This document shows, piece after piece, positions 20,493-30,528 of a DNA stretch of 64,000 nucleotides. A program made the translations under genes and the position numbers. Each line of letters begins with the position of its first letter. Within the stretch, counting starts at the first letter, position 1. The notes beneath the pieces are model-generated. The model searched no databases. It saw only the letters and a program-made list of their open reading frames with translations, and was not told where the DNA came from. The DNA lies in assembly GCA_965219455.1 (NCBI GenBank), contig OZ244744.1, positions 4,544,001-4,608,000 of the forward strand. The letters run 5' to 3'. This stretch comes from Candidatus Latescibacterota bacterium (GTDB taxonomy: Bacteria; Latescibacterota; UBA2968; GCA-2709665).

Positions 20493-20879
20493 ATGAATTA
20501 TTCAACCGATTGGCTAGGCCAGATTCGCCGTTTGCCGTCCAATAAAAGGGCTGTGGCTCACGAACCGGAAACTGCCAGATATGCCAAGGCGCGAGCGAAG
20601 CATCGGTATTTGATCAACCAGGGTACATACCTCGGCTTCCAGCGGACTCCAGGAAGGCAAACGGAAATTGAGGTTGCTGTCTGGGCACCCCCTGATACGG
20701 GAAGAGGATACGGGCACTACGGTTGCTTTCGGGTATTCGTAAAGGATGGGGAGGTGCTGAGCTCTGTCCTTTTCTGTTACTATGACGGAACGGAGGCATC
20801 TCCGGGTTTCAGATCCCTTGAGAAGGCGCAAGCTTTCGCGAAACAGCAGGGTTTCGTTAAAGGAGATACAAATGGCTAA
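20493..20879 (+). CDS. Hypothetical protein (putative toxin of a TA-like pair)
   Basis: 128-aa basic ORF overlapping a downstream HTH gene, with its own promoter/operator. Confidence 0.5.
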   Translation: MNYSTDWLGQIRRLPSNKRAVAHEPETARYAKARAKHRYLINQGTYLGFQRTPGRQTEIEVAVWAPPDTGRGYGHYGCFRVFVKDGEVLSSVLFCYYDGTEASPGFRSLEKAQAFAKQQGFVKGDTNG

Positions 20880-21342
20880 ACTGAGCGAGAGAAATTATAA
20901 GTATCAGGCAGCTGGACGGACTTGGGTGGTACCAAAGCTCCATCTCGAAGAAATGCCTGATGGTACAGTAGCGGTGCTAGAGGAAGAGATCGATAGGATT
21001 CATCGAGCGATTGCAAATGAGATCTGCGGGTCACCTGAGAATCTCTCGAAGGAGGAGCTAGAATTCCTCTGTGATGTTGCTGAGACCCCCTTTTCACAAG
21101 TTGCAGGCTACCTTGGTGTACACAAAAGTACACTCACTAAGTGGCGTAGAAGTGAGCTACCAAAAAACGCATTGAATCTTCTTCTCAAGAGATGGTTCTG
21201 GTTCAAGCTCTTTGGTTCATTTGTTGGAAACAACACAGTTAGGTACAGAGAGCTAGAAGATGAAACCACATTCTTGGCGCACGCAAGGAATGAAGCAATT
21301 GGTAAGAAACTCGCCGAGTCGATAAAGAAGATGACAGCATAG
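20872..21342 (+). CDS. HTH-domain protein (MqsA-like antitoxin candidate)
   Basis: AGGAG RBS; FSQVAGYLGVHKSTLTKW helix-turn-helix. Confidence 0.6.
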   Translation: MAKLSERNYKYQAAGRTWVVPKLHLEEMPDGTVAVLEEEIDRIHRAIANEICGSPENLSKEELEFLCDVAETPFSQVAGYLGVHKSTLTKWRRSELPKNALNLLLKRWFWFKLFGSFVGNNTVRYRELEDETTFLAHARNEAIGKKLAESIKKMTA

Positions 21343-21350
21343 AGCAATCC

Positions 21351-21455
21351 GGCGCATAACACGCCCACTTGCGCTGCGGCGCATACGCGCCTTGGCCTTC
21401 GGCAACCCACCTTCGCTACGCTTCGGTGGGTTCGCAAGTGGCGAGAACGATATAT
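21351..21455 (+). repeat. attC-like site followed by a G|AT core
   Basis: GGCGCATAAC complements GTTATGCGCC (20437); right core GATATATG at 21449. Confidence 0.85.
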
Positions 21456-21478
21456 GGAATGAGAAAGGAGACAATGGA

Positions 21479-22339
21479 ATGACCTTGGTCGCGGCTTGGC
21501 GAGAGGGCGATACCCTTCATCTCGCCTCGGACTCACGCATTTCTTTCTCCCAACAAGGAAGTGCAGATATTTGCCTCAAGGTCCACCCTCTACCGCTTCG
21601 AATCTTCCTTCCTAAGCCCTTGAACAAGCCTTTCCACGATGGAAGCATAGGCGTCGGCTTGGTTGGGAGTTTCGTATCGACCGTCTCGGTTAAGGATCCA
21701 TTAATGACTCTGCTTGGCAATCTACAGTTCGCGCCGGGCTATATGAATCCATCTCTTGAAGAAGTAGCAAAGGTAGTAGCTTACCTACTCAAGAATGTCG
21801 GAGGTGAAGTTTGCAAGGTGATGGCTTACCGCGGCACAGGTCAAGTAATCCTAGTTGGCAAGTGCCCACAGAAACGAAAGCAGCAGTGCTTCTCAATCTC
21901 ACTTAAACCTATCGATAATCACCTCGAAGCGGAAATCAAGCAGGAACTTAAGGACGTTGAGGTGTCCTTCTTTGGTGATCGAGAGGCTAAGGAAGCTGCA
22001 ACTAAAAAGCTTGGCCGCCAAGCCCCCACGAGTATAAATGTCTTGAGAGCTCTGAAGTCGATATGCTTGGACCAGTGCTATAGTAGTGTCGGCGGTCCAA
22101 TCCAATATGGCCGGACCGAAAACCACAGGTTTTTTCAGAAGGGAGTGCGAGACTATTTCCCCGATACAGAGGGGAAGAAGATTCGGGTAGGTTTCTTCAT
22201 CGGCGGTATTGAGCTCTATTCGCAGAAGTACATGCGCGACGGTACTCCTCTCCATCTTCATACAACATCAATTTGCCCTTTCGAGAAGGAGATCTCAGAT
22301 TACTTGAAGTCAGGCGAGTTTGCGCTCATTACTGACTGA
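21479..22339 (+). CDS. Hypothetical protein, possible Ntn-hydrolase/proteasome-like fold
   Basis: N-terminal M-T-L-V...ASDSR and later SVGG.I. Confidence 0.5.
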   Translation: MTLVAAWREGDTLHLASDSRISFSQQGSADICLKVHPLPLRIFLPKPLNKPFHDGSIGVGLVGSFVSTVSVKDPLMTLLGNLQFAPGYMNPSLEEVAKVVAYLLKNVGGEVCKVMAYRGTGQVILVGKCPQKRKQQCFSISLKPIDNHLEAEIKQELKDVEVSFFGDREAKEAATKKLGRQAPTSINVLRALKSICLDQCYSSVGGPIQYGRTENHRFFQKGVRDYFPDTEGKKIRVGFFIGGIELYSQKYMRDGTPLHLHTTSICPFEKEISDYLKSGEFALITD

Positions 22340-22391
22340 ATGTAGTTGTGTTGATCCGTGTTGCTTCGCACAGGAGCGCAGAATCCCACTT

Positions 22392-22483
22392 CATATATCA
22401 CATCCATTTACGCTACGGGGCATTCGCCCCTTGGCCTTCGGCACCCCGCATACGCGGGGTCGTAAATGGTGAGAACGTTAAAC
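22392..22483 (+). repeat. attC-like site with ATC-type R'' box
   Basis: CATATATC complements GATATATG (21449); ccatttacg/cgtaaatgg arms; GTT at 22477. Confidence 0.85.
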
Positions 22484-22521
22484 GACATGGGAAATACAAC
22501 GTGTTGAGGCCAATATAGATC

Positions 22522-22977
22522 ATGGCCAGACAACCGCTTCAAGTTCTTGTAATTCCATTCCGAGTTCGCTCTGAACCAGAGTTCGCGGTCTTTCACCGTG
22601 CTGATGGTGAAATGTGGCAGTTTATTGCTGGTGGCGCTGAGGATCACGAGAATGCAGCGCAAGCAGCGCAGCGGGAGGCCGCAGAGGAGGCCGGCATTCC
22701 AGGTAATATACCGGTAGTTCGACTTGATTCAGTCGCCTCCATTACGAGATCGTCGTTCTCGCCAACTGAGCACTGGCCGGAAGATCTGCTTGTTGTCCGC
22801 GAGTATTCGTTTGCCATAGATGTTGGAGACCGGAGGTTGGCATTGTCCTCTGAACACGACGATGTGAGGTGGCTGCCCTATGAAGATGCATCATCTCTCC
22901 TCACATGGGACAGCAACCGGGTTGCCCTTTGGGAGCTAAACGAAAGGCTGGCGAGAGTCGCGACCCGAAGATCTTGA
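22522..22977 (+). CDS. NUDIX pyrophosphatase (NudB-like)
   Basis: WQFIAGGAEDHE...AAQREAAEEAGI and LSSEH motifs. Confidence 0.88.
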   Translation: MARQPLQVLVIPFRVRSEPEFAVFHRADGEMWQFIAGGAEDHENAAQAAQREAAEEAGIPGNIPVVRLDSVASITRSSFSPTEHWPEDLLVVREYSFAIDVGDRRLALSSEHDDVRWLPYEDASSLLTWDSNRVALWELNERLARVATRRS

Positions 22978-22996
22978 TGGAATTTGTTGATCCCAC

Positions 22997-23103
22997 GTCG
23001 GCTAACAACACGTTTGCCGCTACGGCGGCCTCCGCCGCCTTGGCCTTCGGCAACCCACCTTCGCTACGCTTCGGTGGGTTCGCAAGTGGCGAGAACGTTG
23101 GCC
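22997..23103 (+). repeat. attC-like site
   Basis: GTCGGCTAAC; 3' half identical to the 21351 site; GTT at 23097. Confidence 0.85.
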
Positions 23104-23124
23104 GAAATTGCCCCACCGCCTTAG

Positions 23125-24805
23125 CCCCAATTATTCACAAAAAAGGTAGTTTCCTTACCCAAGTCATTGTATTATATTATGGTTAGGTGAATAACCATAC
23201 AACAATGAACTGGGAGGAAACTACCGTGAAAGTTCAAGATAATCAACTCGCACTTCCTTTCGCAAGTGTTTCGGGCAAGCCGGTGGAAGCCGTCTTCGAT
23301 GGCGGTGTGCTCACCAGCGATATGGGGTTGATGCTGCTGCGAGAGGTGGCGTCCAAAATCGGCATCCTGTCTCGGATCGTCGAGGCGTTAACGGACCGTC
23401 GGCATCCAAGTTATGTGGATCACACGATGATGGACCTGATCAGCCAGCGTGTCTTTCAGATCGCGTGCGCGTATGAAGATGCGAACGATTGCAATGCGTT
23501 GCGCGAGGACCCTGCGTTCAAGGCGGCCTGTGATCGGTTGCCGATATCAGGGGCGCCGTTGGCCAGCCAACCCACGATGAGTCGATTGGAAAACGGGATT
23601 CGTCGCAGGGACTTATATCGTATTGCCGAGGCCCTTGTGGACGGATTTATCGCGTCCTACAAAAGGCCTCCCGACGCGGTCGTTCTGGATATCGATGACA
23701 CCGATGACGAGGTTCACGGCAAGCAACAGTTGTCGTTGTTCAATGGCTATTACGATGAACGCTGTTACTGTCCCTTGCACATTTATGAAGGCCGGACAGG
23801 AAGACTGATCACGACGCTGCTGCGTCCGGGCGCCCGTCCTACCGGCAAACAGATTGTCAGCATTCTTAAGCGACTGGTGAAAATCCTTCGTAAGGCGTGG
23901 CCGGACGTGCGTATCTTTTTGCGTGGCGATGGCCATTTTTCCTGTCCTGAGGTCCACGACTTTTGCGACGAGCAAGACGTGTATTTTGTGCTGGGACAGA
24001 CGGGCAATGCCAGGCTTGCACAACGGGGACACGCGTTGATCGAGCAGGCAAAGGCCCAGTATCGGGAAACCGGACAGCCCTTGCAGTTATTTACCTGTTT
24101 CGCTTACCAGGCAGATACTTGGGCCGTGCCAAGGCGCATCATCTACAAAGCTGAAATCACCGCTTCCGGACAAGCCAATACACGCTTTGTCGTCACCAAC
24201 CTGAAAAGTAGCCAGCCCTCATTCATCTACAAAACCGTCTATTGCGCGCGCGGCAGGATGGAAAACTTCATCAAGAATCACAAAACCTTCCTCCATTCCG
24301 ATCGTACCTCCTGCCACACCTTCGAAGCCAATCACTTCCGTCTCTTCCTGCATAGTGCCGCTTATGTCTTGATGCATACCCTTACCGAAAAAGGACTCCG
24401 GGCTACCCAATGGACGCACGCCCAGTTTAATACCATTCAGAATCGCATTCTCAAAGTCGCCGGGCGAGTGTCCGAACTCAAGACCAAAATCAAACTCCAT
24501 TTGCCAACATCATTTCCCTTGAAACACCTTTATGACACCATCCTCTGTAATTTGGCAAAGGCATATCCATAACGCCGTTTCGCGCCGGCCGATCCATCCC
24601 TTTCTCATCGCCACAAAGTAAGACCAAGGCATCCGTCTGTCCTTTCCACACCCTAAATAAAGAACTCGACACCCCTCAATGCTGACGGCACATCCAATAT
24701 TACTCATCATCGCGTCACCAACACGTCATTCGAATATTTCCCCTCCTCCAGAACACTTTCTGCTTCCACAGACACTGCTCTATTCATTTTCATGAATTAA
24801 TCGGG
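23125..24805 (+). mobile_element. IS1380-family insertion sequence
   Basis: TTAG target duplication (23121-23124, 24806-24809); imperfect TIRs CCCCAATTATTCA / CCCGATTAATTCA. Confidence 0.88.
23187..24572 (+). CDS. IS1380-family DDE transposase
   Basis: FDGG.LTSD.G, LASQPT.SRLEN, LDIDDTDD..HG.QQ, LRGDGHF, Y..RG.MEN.IK motifs. Confidence 0.93.
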   Translation: MNNHTTMNWEETTVKVQDNQLALPFASVSGKPVEAVFDGGVLTSDMGLMLLREVASKIGILSRIVEALTDRRHPSYVDHTMMDLISQRVFQIACAYEDANDCNALREDPAFKAACDRLPISGAPLASQPTMSRLENGIRRRDLYRIAEALVDGFIASYKRPPDAVVLDIDDTDDEVHGKQQLSLFNGYYDERCYCPLHIYEGRTGRLITTLLRPGARPTGKQIVSILKRLVKILRKAWPDVRIFLRGDGHFSCPEVHDFCDEQDVYFVLGQTGNARLAQRGHALIEQAKAQYRETGQPLQLFTCFAYQADTWAVPRRIIYKAEITASGQANTRFVVTNLKSSQPSFIYKTVYCARGRMENFIKNHKTFLHSDRTSCHTFEANHFRLFLHSAAYVLMHTLTEKGLRATQWTHAQFNTIQNRILKVAGRVSELKTKIKLHLPTSFPLKHLYDTILCNLAKAYP

Positions 24806-24880
24806 TTAGAAACTGCTTGTGAGAAATTTATCTCCATTTCCAAACATCCAATCCCATATTCCTGAAGGAGCGTGTAATTC

Positions 24881-25846
24881 ATGATTTCTAAAGAACAAAT
24901 CCGTTCGCAGCTGGACAACTGTTTGTTGGATGCCAAATTTGATCGGTGGGAGAGTCAGTATCAGAAGGGCAAGGTTCGAGATATTTATCTGTTAGACGAC
25001 AAACGCATTCTGATTACGACAGATCGCCAGAGTGCGTTTGATCATGTACTGGGTGCGATTCCGCTTAAGGGCCAGGTCTTGAACCGAACAGCGAAGTACT
25101 GGTTTGATCAGACTACGGATATTGTGCCCAATCAGGTGATTGATGTGCCCGATCCCAATGTGACGGTTGCACATGAACTCGACATGCTGCCCGTCGAGAT
25201 TGTTATGCGGCGATATCTTACGGGCAGCACTGATACGGCGGTTTGGACGAATTATAATAAGGGGGTGCGAAAGTTTTGTGGCGTTGATTTGCCTGACGGG
25301 ATGGTGAAGAACCAAAAGTTTGACGAAGCAATTATTACGCCGACGACCAAGGCCGACGACCACGATGAATCCATTTCACCACAGGAAATTGTTGAGCGTG
25401 GGTTGGTCGATGCTAATCGGTGGGAAGAAGTGGAGAAGGTTGCACTGGATCTGTTCGCCCGTGGAACCGAGTTGGCAGCGCAGCGGGGTTTGATTTTGGT
25501 GGATACAAAATATGAGATGGGTGTGGATCCGGATGGAAATCTGACGGTTGCGGATGAAATTCATACACCGGATTCTTCGCGGTATTGGGTTTTGGATTCT
25601 TATGAAAAACGCCATGCACGCGGTGATGAACCCGAGAGTTTGGATAAAGAGTTTTTGCGGCTCTGGCTTGTGGATAAGGGTATTTCGGACGATAATCTTC
25701 CGGAGCTGGACGATGATATTCGAGCGCAGGTTTCGGAGCGATATATCGATTTGTTCGAGCGGGTGACGGGGGAAGATTTTGAGACGGAATTGGATGATAC
25801 GCCAATTCTGAAACGGATTGAGAGGAATATTGAGCAGTATTTTTAA
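24881..25846 (+). CDS. purC: SAICAR synthase
   Basis: KGKVRDIY, TDRQSAFD, KGQVLN, ITPTTKA, LILVDTKYE.G, DEIHTPDSSRYW, SLDKEF.R motifs. Confidence 0.95.
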   Translation: MISKEQIRSQLDNCLLDAKFDRWESQYQKGKVRDIYLLDDKRILITTDRQSAFDHVLGAIPLKGQVLNRTAKYWFDQTTDIVPNQVIDVPDPNVTVAHELDMLPVEIVMRRYLTGSTDTAVWTNYNKGVRKFCGVDLPDGMVKNQKFDEAIITPTTKADDHDESISPQEIVERGLVDANRWEEVEKVALDLFARGTELAAQRGLILVDTKYEMGVDPDGNLTVADEIHTPDSSRYWVLDSYEKRHARGDEPESLDKEFLRLWLVDKGISDDNLPELDDDIRAQVSERYIDLFERVTGEDFETELDDTPILKRIERNIEQYF

Positions 25847-25871
25847 CTGGTGGAGGCAACCACCCCCAAAC

Positions 25872-25978
25872 TTCGGCCAACACGAGCATCTGCGCTGCGC
25901 TCCACTTCGTTCCGCTCGGGGCTTCGCCCAACCCGCCCAAAAAGCCGGGCGGGTTCGCAGGTTTGCGGGCCGTTAACC
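25872..25978 (+). repeat. attC-like site
   Basis: TTCGGCCAAC complements GTTGGCCGAA (23097); GTT at 25972. Confidence 0.85.
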
Positions 25979-26010
25979 GAACGCGGCGCTGAGTCTGAAA
26001 GATCCTTTAA

Positions 26011-26952
26011 ATGGCAAGAGAGAAGCTTGAAGGTGTGGAAGAACATCAATCTCAGAAGGGCTTGGCGGTCGCTCGGACATTCTTCACGGAGTGGGGTCTG
26101 CCCTACTTGCGTTCAGAGTTCTCCAGCGTCTCAGAGCGCGCCGCGTGTTTCCTGTTCGGTGGTTCGCAGAGTTTGGGAAACGATGACGAAATGTCCCGGG
26201 ACCACGGGTGGGGTCTCGAATTCTCGATTGTCCTGCCGCCAGAGGACATGCACGGAGCAGGCAGGCGATTACGGAAGGAAGTTGACCAAGCTGCACCGAC
26301 AGAGTGGCGTGGGATTCGGTTCCGGAAGGGCGGGATCACTATCCATTCTCTCAATTGGTGGTTCCGACGGTACACGAAATTCAGTCATGCCCCCAAGACA
26401 ACCAAGGCCTGGTTGCGAACTAGCGAGGACCATCTGTATATGCTACGCCGTTCGACAGTGTTTCATGATCCACTGGGCGAGTGGACAGCTCGGAAGGCAA
26501 CCTTCCACTACTATCCTCGCAAAGCATGGTTGACCCGTATACGCGATGAGACGTTCGATGTTCATCATTTTGGGCAGTACAACTTTCTGGACCGAATGGC
26601 AAAACGTAGAAAGCCAATCTCTCTCTCTGTTTGCTTGGCAAGTTTCATGCATGCGACCATGAAGCTATGCATGCTCCTTAACGAAGATTTCACTCCTTAC
26701 TGGAAGTGGCTATCGGCCGAGTTGCGGAAGCAACCAAACGTCGCCAATCTGACCACCTGTCTGACTGATCTTGCATCCGCAAGTGACATTGACAAACAGG
26801 TGAGACTTGTTGACGTGATTTGCCAGGACGTTTATTCTCGACTTGTCGAGAAGAATTTTGTCAGTAACAACCCAACTGGCCACCCCCACCCTTTGATGTG
26901 TGCATATCAAGATCTGAGTACTTTGTGCGAGCAGTGCCCTGATGATGAATAG
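26011..26952 (+). CDS. DUF4037-like nucleotidyltransferase-fold protein
   Basis: GGSQSLG.DDE.SRDH.WG, VF.DPLG, GQYN..R, PYWKW motifs. Confidence 0.7.
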   Translation: MAREKLEGVEEHQSQKGLAVARTFFTEWGLPYLRSEFSSVSERAACFLFGGSQSLGNDDEMSRDHGWGLEFSIVLPPEDMHGAGRRLRKEVDQAAPTEWRGIRFRKGGITIHSLNWWFRRYTKFSHAPKTTKAWLRTSEDHLYMLRRSTVFHDPLGEWTARKATFHYYPRKAWLTRIRDETFDVHHFGQYNFLDRMAKRRKPISLSVCLASFMHATMKLCMLLNEDFTPYWKWLSAELRKQPNVANLTTCLTDLASASDIDKQVRLVDVICQDVYSRLVEKNFVSNNPTGHPHPLMCAYQDLSTLCEQCPDDE

Positions 26953-26994
26953 AGCGGAAGCGTCGATAAACCGCGCTTTGTCTCCGCGCCGCCA

Positions 26995-27141
26995 TCGGCT
27001 AACAACGGGCACCCCCGGCTTCGGGGCTTGCACCCCTTCGCGCAACCTGCCTGGCGCTGTCACGGGCGCTTGCTTGATGAGAATCGTGAGGGGCAAGCGC
27101 CGCGCCAGCTGGGCAGGTTCGTGGGTGCTTGACCGTTAGAT
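26995..27141 (+). repeat. attC-like site (long type)
   Basis: TCGGCTAAC approximates GTTAACCGA (25972); same family as 11107; GTT at 27135. Confidence 0.85.
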
Positions 27142-27244
27142 GAAATGGGAAAAGTTAAGTAGGCCTTGCAGTGTATCTCCCGATATTCTGGAGATATACT
27201 GCATATTCGCCGTTCAATCACAAGTTGGCCGCAGAGAATACCGG

Positions 27245-27712
27245 ATGACCCGAAAGAATTCCGAGTGTGAATTCCACGATCCAGGACACTTGGTCGACGG
27301 AGACCTTGAGCTCGTCCTCACCGAGACGCTTCCATCTGATCCTGACACGGGACGGGTGCCGGAGTACCGTTTCGAGATGCGGCTTATTGGCAGCGACGTG
27401 AAGATCGGCAGTATCCGCCTCAGAACGCGGTGCACGGAAAGGCTCGAGCAGTATGGAGGAAATCTGAGCTACGACGTGGACGACGAATATCGCGGGAACA
27501 GATACGCTGCCCGCAGCTGTCGCCTGTTGTTTCCCCTCGCCCTGCGCCATGGGATCAACTCGGTGTTAATCACTTCCCGATCCGATAATCTCGCATCCAG
27601 GAGAACATGTGAGTTGATCGGCGCAGAGTATGTGGACACGATCGAAACGGAACGGGAACCAGGTGAGCATGGGCCGACGTGTCGGTACAGAGTGAACTTG
27701 CGGCCTGAGTAA
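27245..27712 (+). CDS. GNAT acetyltransferase
   Basis: IG.I.LR, GN.SY.V...YRG..YA, N.AS.RTCE..GA motifs. Confidence 0.85.
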   Translation: MTRKNSECEFHDPGHLVDGDLELVLTETLPSDPDTGRVPEYRFEMRLIGSDVKIGSIRLRTRCTERLEQYGGNLSYDVDDEYRGNRYAARSCRLLFPLALRHGINSVLITSRSDNLASRRTCELIGAEYVDTIETEREPGEHGPTCRYRVNLRPE

Positions 27713-27751
27713 CACCGGCGAATCAAGGGCTGCAGCCGACGCCAGGCCTTT

Positions 27752-28246
27752 ATGCGCCCGGGTCCCGACGGTCGTTTCGATTCGCGCCAGATTTGGGCCC
27801 TGCCCAACCCGATTGTGATGGGCGACGAAATCTGGTTTTACTATGCCGGCATCAACTACGACCGGGCGGGTCGCAGCGATGCAGCCAACGGCGAGCACAT
27901 CGGCGGCATCGGGCGGGCGGTCATGCGCCTGGACGGCTTTGTTTCGCTCGACGCCCCTTACGAAGGGGGCAAGTTCACCACACCGGCGCTGATATTCGAC
28001 GGATCGCGCCTCGAACTCAATGTCGACACAGCCGCCGGAGGCAGCGTGCGCGTTGAACTACTCGCCGAAGACGGAAGTCCGCTTGAGGGGTATAGTGGCG
28101 CAGATTCAATATGGCACGTCGGCAATTCCGTCAGGCTGCCCGTTTCGTGGCCCGCTGGCGACCTTCGCCAACTCGCCGGCCAACCGGTCAGGATACGCTT
28201 CATCATGCGCGACGCGAAGCTCTACGCATTTCAGTTCTGCGAGTGA
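27752..28246 (+). pseudogene. 3' fragment of a beta-propeller GH-like gene
   Basis: GDEIWFYYAG and RLDGFVSL; homologous to the C-termini of 8144 and 33689 but lacks the N-terminal part. Confidence 0.7.
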
Positions 28247-28303
28247 GAATTTCGACGGGGTTCTGGATGGACACCGAGCCAGCGAGCACGGGCTCTACAA
28301 CAT

Positions 28304-28828
28304 ATTGGTCCAGGAACTCACCTGCTTTGGTCGGCGAAGTCTGGCCTTCGCTCTGGAGCCGTTGTAAGACCTGGAGACTTCCAGACCCATTTAATGCGTC
28401 AGATCCTGATCGAAGTCCAAACGGACTCTCTCGCGGTAACGGTTCCAAATGCCGCCGAGACAGGTCGTGTCATGATGGAACTCGCGTGGGAGACTGTTCG
28501 TCTACGGGAATTTCCCCATAGGCCAAGTCGGTTTGATTGCCTGTTTCTCTGGCCGGAAGCGAGTGCTGCCAGACGATTCGACTCCCATAGGGAAGCGTGC
28601 GAACTGTATGATATCGAGATTCTTGAATGCGCGCGCGCGTTCGCTGCTGATATGAACCTGATAAGTTACTTCAAAGAGTTTGAAACCCTTGCATCGATGT
28701 TCGAGAGAGCGCGCCGATACTGGCAGAACGAGAGGAAGGACGAGAACAGGGAGATTCTGTTGGAAGGTACAATTCAGATTCAGTGTCGATCCGTTGGTTT
28801 CGACTGCGTATCGAATATATCAACATAG
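28304..28828 (+). pseudogene. DUF2441-like protein, 5'-truncated duplicate of 55908-56414
   Basis: Near-identical DNA to about 55920-56400; no start codon upstream in frame before the homology begins. Confidence 0.65.
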
Positions 28829-28962
28829 ACCTCCGTCAGTTGCTATCAGGCGAGGAATCGGTACAACAGTAATCTTCTTGTTGAAAAGCAGAAAAACCGG
28901 AAAAACAGAGAAAGTGATGTCCGCTCTTTTATTACATTCCTGATGACAAAAAACAACACGGA

Positions 28963-29067
28963 CGCTTAACACGCGATGCCCGCTACACTCCCTTCGGTCA
29001 TTCGGCCCTCCGGGCACATTACCTCCGCTACGCTCCGGCAACGTTGGGTATCGCGAGGCCGTTAACG
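28963..29067 (+). repeat. attC-like site
   Basis: CGCTTAAC...cgcgatgccc/gggtatcgcg...GTT at 29061. Confidence 0.75.
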
Positions 29068-29100
29068 GAAATCGCCCCTTTTACCTCACAGGAGGGAAAA

Positions 29101-30414
29101 ATGAAACTCTGGGTATTCACCTGCAGTGACAGCCCGTTCGAACACTGGCTCGACGGGTTCGAGGAGCGGTTCGACGCCTGGGCGGATGGCGGCGTGCGCG
29201 GTCTGGCCGTCGGCCGCATGGCATTCCTCCAGGAGGATGGCACCGCCATTCCGGCGTGGGCTCCCGACCCGAAGGTGTACGAGGCCCTGGGGGCGGAAGT
29301 CCCGGAGCAGCGTCCGCGCGACCTCTCGAAAGAGAAGAAGCTGCACGCAATGCTGGAAAACGCCGCGGAGCGGGGCTGGCGACTGCTGATTTTCGCCGGA
29401 GGCGGCCCGACCGCCCACGTGCAGGACCTAATGAACGCCTTTCCGCAGGTGCACGGCGTCATTGTCGACGGTCCGGGCGAAAACCACTACGAGCTTGCCT
29501 TCCACCACGGGGGCGAACTCCTGGAGATCCGTCCGGGTGAGGAGGGCCGCTTCGCCCAGGTCGGCGCCGAGATTGGTCGAATACAACGCGGCATCACCCA
29601 CTTTCGGGAGCGTTTGCACAATCTGACACCGGAAATGGTGCGGTACCACGCCGACGGGGGGATGCTGGGGGCAATGCTCCTGTTCGACGTCAACGAGGAC
29701 GTGCTCTACTGGCTGCGCAAGCGTCAGGAGCGCTCTCGCTTCGACTGGCAGTACATGCGGCAACAGGTCGACGCCGTCGATCGCAAGGTGGAGTTGGGCG
29801 GTATCCCGCGGGCCGTGACGTGGTCATCGCTCACCGGACAGAATTACTGTCAGATGGCGGAGTATTTCGACTATATCTTTCCGAAACACTATTTTTGGCA
29901 CCGCGGCATGGACGGCATGTACGGAACCATATCCCGCTGGGTAAGACGGTTGCGAAAGTGGAATCCGTCCCTGAGCGAGGCGGAGTGTTTCGCCGTCGTG
30001 AAGGCGCTGTTGGGCATCGAGCTGCCTGGCATCAACTCGCTTATGGACATGGAGATGGGTTTCCCCGACGAATTCTTCTCCAGGGTGGTCTACAACGAGA
30101 CTCGGCGGGCCCTGGCGGCCATAGGTGATCCCGACAAGGTGATAGCCTGGGTGTCCACGGGGCGCCGCCCCCACGGCGGCGACCCGATGCAGGCGCGCGA
30201 TCTCTACGGCATCCTGACTGCTTCGCAGGAGGCGGGGTTGAAGCGCTTCCTATACCATCCCGAGCCGGATTTCGGGGCGGCGGAATGGACCGTCATCTCG
30301 TCGCTGTGCGGAAACCAATGGGATGAAGACGCCGACGGGTACTGGCCGACGGGGACCGACAAGCCAGGCGTCTGGGACGGCGGGCGCGAGGGACCCGAAG
30401 GGGGCCGAATATGA
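29101..30414 (+). CDS. Uncharacterised protein, paralog of 41732-43108
   Basis: GGAGG RBS; shared FPKHYFWHRG.DG.YGT and IAWVSTGRRPHGG motifs. Confidence 0.75.
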   Translation: MKLWVFTCSDSPFEHWLDGFEERFDAWADGGVRGLAVGRMAFLQEDGTAIPAWAPDPKVYEALGAEVPEQRPRDLSKEKKLHAMLENAAERGWRLLIFAGGGPTAHVQDLMNAFPQVHGVIVDGPGENHYELAFHHGGELLEIRPGEEGRFAQVGAEIGRIQRGITHFRERLHNLTPEMVRYHADGGMLGAMLLFDVNEDVLYWLRKRQERSRFDWQYMRQQVDAVDRKVELGGIPRAVTWSSLTGQNYCQMAEYFDYIFPKHYFWHRGMDGMYGTISRWVRRLRKWNPSLSEAECFAVVKALLGIELPGINSLMDMEMGFPDEFFSRVVYNETRRALAAIGDPDKVIAWVSTGRRPHGGDPMQARDLYGILTASQEAGLKRFLYHPEPDFGAAEWTVISSLCGNQWDEDADGYWPTGTDKPGVWDGGREGPEGGRI

Positions 30415-30528
30415 GCAGGATCTCTGACTCGTTGCGGGAGGGTTTCCCGCGGGCGCGAACGATGCGCGGCAAAAACTGAAAGCGCGCAAGAACCACTCCC
30501 CGCCATCTCGAAATTTTGGAGATGTGAA

